28,247 nucleotides of DNA. Source: Terriglobales bacterium (GTDB lineage: Bacteria; Acidobacteriota; Terriglobia; Terriglobales; Acidobacteriaceae). The stretch lies in NCBI GenBank assembly GCA_038253455.1, contig JBBSHD010000001.1:1-28247 (forward strand), in the 5' to 3' direction. How positions within the stretch are numbered: position 1 is the first letter of the stretch; every line of letters begins with the position of its first letter. Position numbers and translations under genes: made by a program. Shown here in pieces: positions 17,627-25,846 of the stretch. The notes under the pieces are model-generated. The model was not told the DNA's origin and ran no database searches. It saw only the letters and a list, made by a program, of their open reading frames with translations.

Positions 17627-18223
17627 ATGAAAGAAAATATGCTGAAGCGCAAACGAGCCACCAATTTCCGGCTGGCATTCCTGCTGATGTTACTGGCAGG
17701 CATATTTCCCCGGCCGGACCAGGCCGCCATTGTCCGGCGGACAGCGGTTTTGGGCGCGATCACCACCTTCGACGACATTCCCGGCAAGCCGCAGGTCCTG
17801 ACCGTAATTCCCGCAGCGCCGGTGGCGCTGTCAGCCGGTCATAGCGCGGTGGTGGAGCTCAAGTTTCACGTGGGCAGCGGATATCACGTGAATTCCAACA
17901 AGCCGCATGCCGACTACCTGATCCCCACGACGTTGAGCCTGACCGCGCCCGCGCGGATCACGATTGGCAAGGTCACCTACCCCACGGGCACGGATATCAC
18001 CCTGCCCTTCGACCCCACCGACAAGCTGAATGTTTACAGCGGAGATTTCTCGGTGTCAGCCGGACTGCTAGCTTCTGCCAAGGCGGCGCCGGGAACCTAT
18101 GCGGTGAAGGGCGACATCCATTACCAGGCTTGCAACGACAATTCGTGCTTCCCGCCGAAAAAAATGCCGATCCAATTCGACGTCGTGGTTTCCGCCGCCA
18201 GCAAACGCAGTTCCCGGCGCTAG
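17627..18223 (+). CDS. Stand-alone DsbD N-terminal-like (Ig-fold) domain protein
   Basis: Signal or anchor segment, then GYHVNSNKP..YLIPTTL..YP.G..LNVYSG..HYQACNDNSCFPP (CX4C). Start uncertain (17627 or 17639). Confidence 0.75.
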   Translation: MKENMLKRKRATNFRLAFLLMLLAGIFPRPDQAAIVRRTAVLGAITTFDDIPGKPQVLTVIPAAPVALSAGHSAVVELKFHVGSGYHVNSNKPHADYLIPTTLSLTAPARITIGKVTYPTGTDITLPFDPTDKLNVYSGDFSVSAGLLASAKAAPGTYAVKGDIHYQACNDNSCFPPKKMPIQFDVVVSAASKRSSRR

Positions 18224-18249
18224 ATGCTCGATCGCGACCCCCAGAATTA

Positions 18250-18645
18250 TTATTCCTGCTTGATGGCCATGGTCTCATCGATGCTGATGACCGATGGACC
18301 GGCGGTCTCGGCGCCCCCGCGGGTGGCGGTGATGCGAAAGGTAGCTTCACCAATCTCCGCCGAATAGGTGTAGGGCCCCCGGGTGTTCGAGGTCATGCTG
18401 ACGTCGCCGTTGGAGCGCAGCTCGTCAAGCGACTTGTACTTGCCCGCGGAGGCCATCGAGCGGCGTTCCGCTTCGGCCAGGGCAACCAGGTCGTTTTTTA
18501 CCCCGGCGAGATCAATGGTGCCGCGGGGGGTGCCCTGCGCGCCTTCCACTCCCGGGGTGGAGACTGCTTTAATTTGCCGCTGGTAAACCATCCAGCCGAT
18601 TCCCAGAACAATCAGCAGACCGACAAACCCGAATACACGCGTCAT
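18250..18645 (-). CDS. Small pilin-like, N-terminally membrane-anchored protein
   Basis: AGGAGG RBS 6 nt before ATG 18645. MTRVFG-FVGLLIVLGIGW (TM), helix VKNDLVALAEAERRSMASAGKYKSLDEL, then YTYS..FRITAT..SIDET. Confidence 0.6.
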   Translation of the reverse strand: MTRVFGFVGLLIVLGIGWMVYQRQIKAVSTPGVEGAQGTPRGTIDLAGVKNDLVALAEAERRSMASAGKYKSLDELRSNGDVSMTSNTRGPYTYSAEIGEATFRITATRGGAETAGPSVISIDETMAIKQE

Positions 18646-18670
18646 CTCATACCTCCTGATGCTGATGTAT

Positions 18671-19093
18671 TTACCGGCGGCGCGCCTTCTTGGAGCCGGT
18701 GGTGGAAACTCGGTCGCCGGATTGCCTGGTCTTCTCGCCAGGGGACTTGCTCTCTGCAGCCGAAGCCCCGGCCTTCTTTTCAGGCGCGGGCTTGGTTTCG
18801 CCGGCGGTTTTTTCGGCAGCAGGCTTGTCACTGGCTGCGTCGGCCGAGGTTTTCTTTTCATCCGGCTTCAAGGTGGCGCTGCCGCCATCATTCGACGAAG
18901 TTTCGCTCGAAGATTTCTTGGCGTAGTCGGTGATATAGAACCCCGAACCTTTGAAATGCACGGCAGGCGCGGACAGCAACTGATCCACTTTGCCCCCGCA
19001 TTCCGGGCATTTCTTCAGCGGCGGATCAGAGAACTTGGAAATTTTTTCGAACTGGTGGCGGCACTTCTGGCAGCGGTATTCGTGGAGAGGCAA
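18671..19093 (-). CDS. FmdB family zinc-ribbon protein
   Basis: MPLHEYRCQKC..CPECGG..SAPAVHFKGSGFYITDY with a low-complexity tail. TTG start after AGAGGA. Confidence 0.9.
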   Translation of the reverse strand: MPLHEYRCQKCRHQFEKISKFSDPPLKKCPECGGKVDQLLSAPAVHFKGSGFYITDYAKKSSSETSSNDGGSATLKPDEKKTSADAASDKPAAEKTAGETKPAPEKKAGASAAESKSPGEKTRQSGDRVSTTGSKKARRR

Positions 19094-19218
19094 AGATCCA
19101 TCCTCTTTCTAGTTGGCTGTTTCGATTCTAGGCGGCGGTGCGCGAGAGCGTCAATTTTCGCGGGGCAGCGCCGCTCCCTTATACTTCAGGCCAAAGCTGC
19201 GGCGGCCACGGCACGAAC

Positions 19219-20100
19219 ATGCGCGAAGAAAATAATTCCGAAACAAGGCGGGCAAACATCGTACCGGGCACGCTGTACCTGGTGGGCACCCCCATCGGCA
19301 ACCTCGAAGACCTGACGTTGCGCGCGCTGCGCATCCTCAAAGAAGTGAGCGTGGTGGCCTGCGAGGACACGCGGCAAACCCAAAAGCTTCTCAATCACTA
19401 CGACATCCGTACCCTTACCATCAGTTATCACGAGCACAATGAAGCCGACCGGGCCGCGGAGTTGATTGTGCGATTGGCCGAGGGCGCATCGGTGGCCCTG
19501 GTCTCCGATGCCGGTACCCCGTGCATCTCCGACCCGGGCTTCCGCCTCGTACACCTCGCCATCCGCAAAGGCATTCCCGTAGTTCCCATTCCCGGCGCCA
19601 GCGCTTTCGTGTGCGCGCTGATCGCCAGCGGACTGGCGGTCGATTCATTTCACTTTGGCGGATTTCTTCCCGCCAAGTCAGGGCAGCGCCGCACCGTGCT
19701 GGAATCGTTGCGCAGCTCAACCCTCACCGACGTGTTTTATGAAACGCCGCAGAGGATCATCGCGGCGCTGGAAGACATAGTCGAGCTGCTGGGAGCGGAT
19801 CGCGAGGTGGTGGTTGCACGAGAGATCACCAAGCTGCACGAAGAGTTCTTGCGGGGCCCGGCAGGCGAGGTGCTGGCAGAAGCCCGCGAGCGGCCTTTGC
19901 GCGGTGAGATTACGCTCATCATTTCCCATGCACAGGGCGGGTCTCCGGCGGCAGAGGCCGCCAACCTGCGCCAGCGCGTCGAGCAAATCATGGCCGAGCA
20001 GAATCTAGACGAAAAAGCGGCGCTTAAGACCGTGGCCCGGGAGCGCGGTATGTCGAGGAGTGAGGCTTATCGGGAGCTGCAAAGACTGAAGGGCGGATAA
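19219..20100 (+). CDS. rsmI: 16S rRNA (cytidine1402-2'-O)-methyltransferase
   Basis: GTLYLVGTPIGNLEDLT.RA, ACEDTRQT.KLL, SYHEHNE, VALVSDAGTP.ISDPG, FYETPQRI, AREITKLHEE. Confidence 0.96.
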   Translation: MREENNSETRRANIVPGTLYLVGTPIGNLEDLTLRALRILKEVSVVACEDTRQTQKLLNHYDIRTLTISYHEHNEADRAAELIVRLAEGASVALVSDAGTPCISDPGFRLVHLAIRKGIPVVPIPGASAFVCALIASGLAVDSFHFGGFLPAKSGQRRTVLESLRSSTLTDVFYETPQRIIAALEDIVELLGADREVVVAREITKLHEEFLRGPAGEVLAEARERPLRGEITLIISHAQGGSPAAEAANLRQRVEQIMAEQNLDEKAALKTVARERGMSRSEAYRELQRLKGG

Positions 20101-20124
20101 CCGGTTTAATCCTTCAAAGTAGAT

Positions 20125-20649
20125 TGCATCGTGGCGCCGGACAAAATCTCCCTTCTCAGTTGGTCATTCTAACGACCCCCGGCTTCACCGGGGCGAGGAA
20201 GAACCCTTACTGTTCAAGAAATTTTTCCGTATGTGGTTTTTTACAACCACCACTCCGATAATGTTTGCGGGAAGCTTTTGGAGTTCTTCTCGTGGTTAGC
20301 GACACAGAGCAACACCTCGGCCGGAATTTATCGAGAGCATCGCGTTGCAAACCCATCGCAGGGGAAAGATTTGGGGAACAGTAGGGATTCTTCCTCACCC
20401 CGATAAAACTGGGGATCGTCAGAATGACATCTGATGGGAGGGATTTCTGCCGGAGGCTGAATTACTGATACGGTCAGGCAAAAACCCACCCAAAATTTAT
20501 CGGAAGCATCGTGTCGCAAACCCATCGCAGGGGAAAGATTTGGGGAACAGTAGGGATTCTTCCTCACCCCGATAAAACTGGGGGTCGTCAGAATGACTAC
20601 TGATGGGAGGTATTTCTGCCAGAGGCGGAATTACTGATCCGGTCAGGCG
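20125..20649. repeat. REP-doublet/MITE-like element, copy 2, with a tandem ~169-bp duplication of the right arm
   Basis: Homologous to 13210-13549. GGGGAAAGATTTGGGGAACAGTAGGGATTCTTCCTCACCCCGATAAAACTGGGG occurs at 20361 and again at 20530. Confidence 0.9.
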
Positions 20650-20692
20650 AAGCTCGACCCGAGACCTAAAATCGTCTCTCGGCTCCCCGCAC

Positions 20693-21190
20693 CTAAGCCT
20701 GCACCGAAGAATGATCGTGCACGATGCGCCAGCCTTCGGGAAATTTTCGCAGCAGCAGGGTGTAGAGTCCCTGCGGGGTCTTGCCGTCACTCATTGCCAG
20801 TCGCCAGTGCCCGCGCACCATCGCGGTGTCGCCCGACAACATAGTGACTTCGAGGCCTTCGAACGTCAGGGTGCCCATTTCCATTCCGGTGCCCTGATAA
20901 CGTTTCTTATAGCGCTCCAGTGTCGGTCCCCAGCCGCGGGTCACCGTTCCTCCTGAATAAAACGTAAGGTCGGGAGAGTTCCAGTATCCGGTTATGAACC
21001 CTTCGATGTTTCCGTGGTTCCAATCTTCCACCTGCTGGTGCAGAAGCTTCAGGATCTCGGCCTGGCTTTGCGCCGGGGACGCGGTACCAATCTTGCTTCT
21101 ACCCCAGAGGGGAGCCGGGCTGGATGCGGTGAAAACCAACATCAGGAAAGCAGTGAACAGGAGACTGGAGGCGCGGCGGCTGATCGGCAT
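20693..21190 (-). CDS. Secreted NTF2-like/DUF4440 (YybH-like) protein
   Basis: Signal peptide, then I.KLL..QVEDWNHGNIEGF..GYWNS..L.F.SG..VTRGW..TLERYKKRY..MGTL.F..A.VRG.WRL..G.YTLLLRKF..GWRIVHDHSS. Confidence 0.88.
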   Translation of the reverse strand: MPISRRASSLLFTAFLMLVFTASSPAPLWGRSKIGTASPAQSQAEILKLLHQQVEDWNHGNIEGFITGYWNSPDLTFYSGGTVTRGWGPTLERYKKRYQGTGMEMGTLTFEGLEVTMLSGDTAMVRGHWRLAMSDGKTPQGLYTLLLRKFPEGWRIVHDHSSVQA

Positions 21191-21202
21191 AGCGGAATTT
21201 TA
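21191..21202 (-). promoter_or_regulatory. -10 box 6 nt before the DUF4440 ATG (putative leaderless transcript)
   Basis: Minus strand reads TAAAAT-TCCGCT-ATG. Confidence 0.55.
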
Positions 21203-21409
21203 CGCCCACGCGGCATTGCGCCATAATGTTGTTTTCCTAATGCCCGGGGAAACGAATAGAATCGCATTAGCAGCGCATAATACAGAAGCCGGAATGTGCC
21301 GGCAGCTTAAAACCGAATCGCCGGCGTAAAACTCACTGTAGTTTTCCGCCACGAATTTGAAGTCAGGCCTTTGACGGGCCAACCCAAGTTTCTTGAACGA
21401 GTTTCGGCA

Positions 21410-23875
21410 ATGTCAACTGGGATAGAACCGCACAGCGTCGGACGCTACCAGGTGGTCAGCGAACTGGGCCGGGGTGCAATGGGCGTGGTTTTCAAAGCCA
21501 TCGACCCTAACATCGGTCGCACCGTTGCCCTGAAGACCCTGCGCCTCGACGCCCTCGGCATCGAGAGCGAGGACGTGGTGCGCCGCTTCAAAAATGAGGC
21601 GCGCTCCGCCGGGGTGATGAACCATCCCAACATCGTCACCATTTATGACGCCGGCGAAATCCATGGCATTTTCTACATCGCCATGGAATTTATCGAGGGC
21701 ACGACCCTGCAGGCCCTGATGGCGCAACAGCGGGTGCTGCCGGTGGACCGCATCATTACCCTCTCCCGCCAGATATGCGCGGGGCTCGATTACGCGCACT
21801 CCCACGGGGTCATCCACCGCGACGTGAAGCCGGCCAACATGATGATCACCTCCGACGGCACGGTGAAGATCATGGATTTCGGAATCGCCAAGGCCGGCGG
21901 AGGAATGACCAGCACGGGACAGGTGCTGGGCACTCCCAACTACATGTCACCGGAGCAAGTAAAGGGGCGCACGCTCGACGGACGCTCTGATCTGTTCAGC
22001 TTCGGAGTGATGCTTTACGAAATGATCACCGGCGAAAAGCCGTTCATGGGTCAGAACATCACCACCATCATTTACAAGATTGTGAACGAGAACCCCGTCT
22101 CGCCGCGCGAGCTCGACGTTACCGTGCATCCCGGCTTGAGCGCCATCATCACCAAGGCGCTGGCCAAGTCGCCGGATGAGCGTTACCAGAGCGGCGCGGA
22201 GATGATGCGCGATCTGGAAAGCTACAAGAACCTGGGGAGCGGCGTGGCCCCAGGCTTCAACGCGGGCGCGGCCACGACTGTGATGCCCGCCATGGCAAGC
22301 GGCGACGATCAGACCCAGTTGTTGAACAACGCGGTTCCGACTCCCGCGGCGCCAATCGAGGCGCAGCCGCCTTCACCGATCGCCCCTTCAGCCAGTACGG
22401 TTGCGGCTGCCGCTGCCAGCGCCGCCCGCATCGCATCGGAATCTCCCACCCTCGATCAACCGGCCTCGCCTCCGGCCAAGGCACAAGTTGCGGCGGCACC
22501 GGTTGCGGCGAAATCGGTCGAGGCAGCGAAGAAAGCGCCACAGCCTGCTCCCCGCAAGCCCGGGGTTGCGCATCCTCCGGGCAAAGCCGGGGCAGCGATG
22601 CAGCGCTATATGCTGATCGGGCTGGCGCTGCTGGTGCTGATTGCGGGATGGGTTTTTGCCAGACGAGGGTCGAAGAAATCCAGCGGACAATCCGCCGCCG
22701 CGCAACCCGCGCCCGTTACCCCGGCACCGTCCCAGCAGGCGTCTTCCAGTGCGCAGCAACCGCCCGCAATCCCGCAGAAAGATAGTCCGCAAGGAATAAA
22801 GAACGGCGCCGCGCCATCCACGGCGCCCGGTGGAGCGTCTGCTCAACCTGCAACAGCGCCTGGCGCGGTTCAGCAAGGCGCGGCCGGCCAGAACCCTCCG
22901 CCAACAACCGCAACACCTGCGCCGGGCACGGTGAGTGCCGGCGCAACTCCACAGCCCGCGGTGAAAACGCAAGCGACGAAGCCTGAGGACCTGGCGCTGC
23001 AGAAGAAAATTGCCGCCGACAAAAAATTGGCTGCCTCCCTCGCCGCCCGCAATCGCAATTTCCGCCCAGCCGGCAAGACCTTGCCTGCCCAGCCGGGGGC
23101 GCCGCAATCGGAGAACCCGGTGCTGGCTGCGACCAATGCCATGGGAGTCGCCGGCCTTACCGGCATGAGCGTGGTCTCAACTCCCGACGGCGCCCGGGTC
23201 GCGATCGACGGGGTTTCACAGGCGGGATGGAGAACGCCCTTTCAGATCGGCAAGCTCGCGCCTGGCCGCCACAGCGTAAGCTTCTCCAAACCGGGCTACA
23301 CCGAGGAAACTCGCGCGGTCATGGTCCTGGCCGGCAAGATGGCCAGCGTGGGAGTGCAACTCAAGGCCAAGGTGGCCATCGTTTCTCTTTCCACCAATCC
23401 GTCGGGCGCCGCGGTACTGGTTGACGGCAAGTCCACATCCCGCGTCACGCCCACCGAAGTGGCAATCGAACAGGGCGATCACATCCTGACCCTTCGTCTC
23501 ACCGGCTATAAAGACACCACCTTTCACGCCACCATCGGCGAAGCGCAAAGCTATTCATTCAAACCTAGAATGGTTAAGGAGAGCGCCGCGCCAACGCCCC
23601 CTGGCGGGCCTAATCCATTTGCCAAGATCGGGCACTTGTTCGGCGGTGGGATTCCGCAGGGCAAAGGGCGATTAAGCATTCGCACCAATCCACCGGGTGC
23701 GGAGATCACCGTGGAAGGCCATCCGGCGCCGCGCAAGACGCCCTCCAAATTTCCCCTGGAGCCGGGCACCTACCAGGTGACCCTGACTCTGCGGGGATAC
23801 AAGTCCCTGCACAAGACGGTCACGGTGCAGGAAGGCAAGACCGCTGAAATTCTGGATACCTTCGAAGCCCAATAG
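21410..23875 (+). CDS. Membrane Hanks-type Ser/Thr kinase with a Pro/Ala/Gln-rich linker and three C-terminal PEGA domains
   Basis: GRGAMG, VALK, HRDVKPAN, DFG, GTPNYMSPEQ; TM YMLIGLALLVLIAGWVFA; three repeats of S/T-x-P-x-GA-x-V-x-I/VDG...TP...G-x-H/Y...GY. Confidence 0.95.
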   Translation: MSTGIEPHSVGRYQVVSELGRGAMGVVFKAIDPNIGRTVALKTLRLDALGIESEDVVRRFKNEARSAGVMNHPNIVTIYDAGEIHGIFYIAMEFIEGTTLQALMAQQRVLPVDRIITLSRQICAGLDYAHSHGVIHRDVKPANMMITSDGTVKIMDFGIAKAGGGMTSTGQVLGTPNYMSPEQVKGRTLDGRSDLFSFGVMLYEMITGEKPFMGQNITTIIYKIVNENPVSPRELDVTVHPGLSAIITKALAKSPDERYQSGAEMMRDLESYKNLGSGVAPGFNAGAATTVMPAMASGDDQTQLLNNAVPTPAAPIEAQPPSPIAPSASTVAAAAASAARIASESPTLDQPASPPAKAQVAAAPVAAKSVEAAKKAPQPAPRKPGVAHPPGKAGAAMQRYMLIGLALLVLIAGWVFARRGSKKSSGQSAAAQPAPVTPAPSQQASSSAQQPPAIPQKDSPQGIKNGAAPSTAPGGASAQPATAPGAVQQGAAGQNPPPTTATPAPGTVSAGATPQPAVKTQATKPEDLALQKKIAADKKLAASLAARNRNFRPAGKTLPAQPGAPQSENPVLAATNAMGVAGLTGMSVVSTPDGARVAIDGVSQAGWRTPFQIGKLAPGRHSVSFSKPGYTEETRAVMVLAGKMASVGVQLKAKVAIVSLSTNPSGAAVLVDGKSTSRVTPTEVAIEQGDHILTLRLTGYKDTTFHATIGEAQSYSFKPRMVKESAAPTPPGGPNPFAKIGHLFGGGIPQGKGRLSIRTNPPGAEITVEGHPAPRKTPSKFPLEPGTYQVTLTLRGYKSLHKTVTVQEGKTAEILDTFEAQ

Positions 23876-23990
23876 GGCCCCCGGCGCCGCGCACAACCGG
23901 GTTGCCGATTCAATCTGCGGGACATAACATGGCAGCGCAACGCCCGAGCCTCGCTTCCTGGCGGAGTGCGGCGATCACACAGGAGAAGTA

Positions 23991-25646
23991 ATGGCGCGAC
24001 TCCTCATATCCTCTCCCGATGGCAAGCGCGGGATCCTGGAATTGAACAAGCCGGAGCTCACCATTGGGCGCGGCAACGCCAACGACCTGGTGCTCAACGA
24101 TGGCAGTGTGAGCCGTTCGCACGCCGTCATCCGGCAAAAAAATGATTCGGAATTCAGCATCGCCGATCGCGGCTCCACCAATCGCGCACTGCTCAACGGC
24201 CACCCCATTCATTCCGATAGCCTGTTGAAGAACGGTGACGCCATCCGCATCGGCGTCTATGAGATCACTTTCGAATCCATTAACGAATCCGGGCTGGTAG
24301 TGAGCGCCGGCCACGCTCCGCTCAACGAGGCTATGCTGCAGCGCGCCCGTGATTCTTTTAACTCCAGAGAAAACACCGCCGGCAGCCGCACCGATCTTGT
24401 CTCCACGATAAAGCGGCTGGAGCGGGAAAATTACCTGCTGTCAGTGCTTTACGACGCCGGCTGCGCATTGAATTCCAAGCTTTCATTCGATCATATTGCC
24501 GAGCAGGTCATGTCGCTCAGCTTTCGCATTCACGGGGTGGAGCGCGGGTTCATCATGCTGTTCGACGAGAACGGCGAGATCGAGCGCCAGACCGAGGTGC
24601 GCTACCGCCGGCCGCCCGGCAAGGAACAGCCGCAGATCATCCTGGGCCGCTCGATTCTGCAGCGCATTAAAGATGAGCAAACGCCGTTCCTCATCTCCGA
24701 CGTCAGCACCGACGCTCGCTTCAATGCCAGCGAGAGTATTGTGAGCAGCGGGCTTCGCTCCGCCATGTGCGCTCCCCTGCTGGGGAACCAGCGCATCCTC
24801 GGCGTGCTCTACGTCGATAACCTCGAAAAAACGGCGGCGTTCGAAGAAGCCGAATTAAATGTCTTCGCGCTGGTGGCCGCGCAGGCCGCCGCCGCCATTG
24901 ATAACGCCGAAACCCATGACCAACTGGCCCAGCAGGCGGTGGAGCGTTCCGCCCTGGAGCGTTTTCTTTCTCCCGACCTGGTGGAAATGATCTCGGCCAA
25001 CGACGGCGTGATCAAGCTGGGCGGCGAGCACCAGAAGGTCAGCATACTGTTCAGCGACATTCGCGGCTTCACCAGCCTCAGCGAGCGCCTCAAAGCCGAA
25101 ACCGTGATCGAGTTGCTGAATGAATATTTCACTCGCGTCACTGACGTGATCTTTGCCCACTCCGGCACCCTCGACAAGTACATCGGGGACGCGGTCATGG
25201 CGGTGTTTGGCGCGCCCATTTCCAAGCCTACCGACGCGGAAAATGCGGTGCGCACCGCCATCGGAATCCAGCGCGCCATGCTCGAAATGAACCGTCATGC
25301 GGCGGAACGCGGGCTTCCCGAGCTGCGCATCGGCATCGGCGTCAATACCGGGGTGGTGACCGCGGGCAACATCGGGTCTCCACGCCGGCTGGAATATACG
25401 GTGGTCGGCGATGCGGTGAATATCGCTTCGCGCCTGATGTCGTGCGCCACCGCCGGCCAGATCCTGATCTCGGCCAGCACTGCGGACGAGCTCGTAGGCG
25501 GTCCGGAACTGGCGCCATTGCCGCCGCTGCGGGTAAAAGGCAAGACCGAAGCGATCAACGCCTTTAGCGTCCGATGGAACGATAAAGAGGACACTAAGAC
25601 CGGCATGCGGGAACGCAGGCAGGCCCATTCAGACGAACCAGAATAG
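23991..25646 (+). CDS. FHA-GAF-class III adenylate cyclase
   Basis: FHA (IGRG..ND.VL.D.SVSRSHA..DRGSTN), GAF (SGLRSAMCAPL..GVLYVDN), cyclase (LFSDIRGFT, DKYIGDAVMA, EYTVVGDAVNIASRL). Confidence 0.93.
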   Translation: MARLLISSPDGKRGILELNKPELTIGRGNANDLVLNDGSVSRSHAVIRQKNDSEFSIADRGSTNRALLNGHPIHSDSLLKNGDAIRIGVYEITFESINESGLVVSAGHAPLNEAMLQRARDSFNSRENTAGSRTDLVSTIKRLERENYLLSVLYDAGCALNSKLSFDHIAEQVMSLSFRIHGVERGFIMLFDENGEIERQTEVRYRRPPGKEQPQIILGRSILQRIKDEQTPFLISDVSTDARFNASESIVSSGLRSAMCAPLLGNQRILGVLYVDNLEKTAAFEEAELNVFALVAAQAAAAIDNAETHDQLAQQAVERSALERFLSPDLVEMISANDGVIKLGGEHQKVSILFSDIRGFTSLSERLKAETVIELLNEYFTRVTDVIFAHSGTLDKYIGDAVMAVFGAPISKPTDAENAVRTAIGIQRAMLEMNRHAAERGLPELRIGIGVNTGVVTAGNIGSPRRLEYTVVGDAVNIASRLMSCATAGQILISASTADELVGGPELAPLPPLRVKGKTEAINAFSVRWNDKEDTKTGMRERRQAHSDEPE

Positions 25647-25653
25647 GTGGGCC

Positions 25654-25692
25654 AAATAAAAAGGCCGCCGCCTCCCCCCGAAAGCGACGACC
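25654..25692 (-). terminator. Intrinsic terminator oriented for a minus-strand transcript
   Basis: Minus strand: GGTCGTCGC-loop-GCGGCGGCC-TTTTTATTT. The 9-bp stem is complete with two G-U pairs, which are C-A mismatches on the plus strand. Confidence 0.7.
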
Positions 25693-25756
25693 CATTTATT
25701 TTTTGTAACTCTTCTTAAGTGAGAGTACCGGCGGCCGTTCTTACCCGCAAGTTACC
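25654..25756 (-). ncRNA. Candidate ~100-nt small RNA
   Basis: Minus-strand CTGCCA-18-TAAAAT promoter (25792-25763), a structured body (GTAACT/AGTTAC and ACTCT/AGAGT helices), and the terminator above. No recognisable ORF or family. Confidence 0.45.
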
Positions 25757-25833
25757 GAGGTAATTTTACCTTCCCTCATTCCAGCCTGGCAGAGAAGGCA
25801 ACCCGCAAGCGCCGTGATTTCCCCGCCGTCAGC

Positions 25834-25839
25834 TAAAAT
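25834..25839 (+). promoter_or_regulatory. -10 box 7 nt before the folC GTG (putative leaderless transcript)
   Basis: TAAAAT, 7 nt, GTG 25847; no Shine-Dalgarno. Confidence 0.55.
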
Positions 25840-25846
25840 CTGAACC

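Noticed and set aside
18642-18650. ATG-AGA-TGA minigene overlapping the pilin-like start
   Set aside because: It is probably incidental; ATG 18645 has the better RBS spacing.
13210-20649. CRISPR interpretation of the repeats
   Set aside because: The units are long and inverted, there are no unique regular spacers, and no cas genes are present.
20207-20790. Minus-strand ORFs sharing RKNPYCSPNLSPAMG
   Set aside because: They are translations of the DNA repeat, not a protein family.
25647-25846. ZTP, THF or preQ1 riboswitch upstream of folC
   Set aside because: The conserved cores I recall for these families are absent, and the -10 box directly before the GTG leaves no leader.
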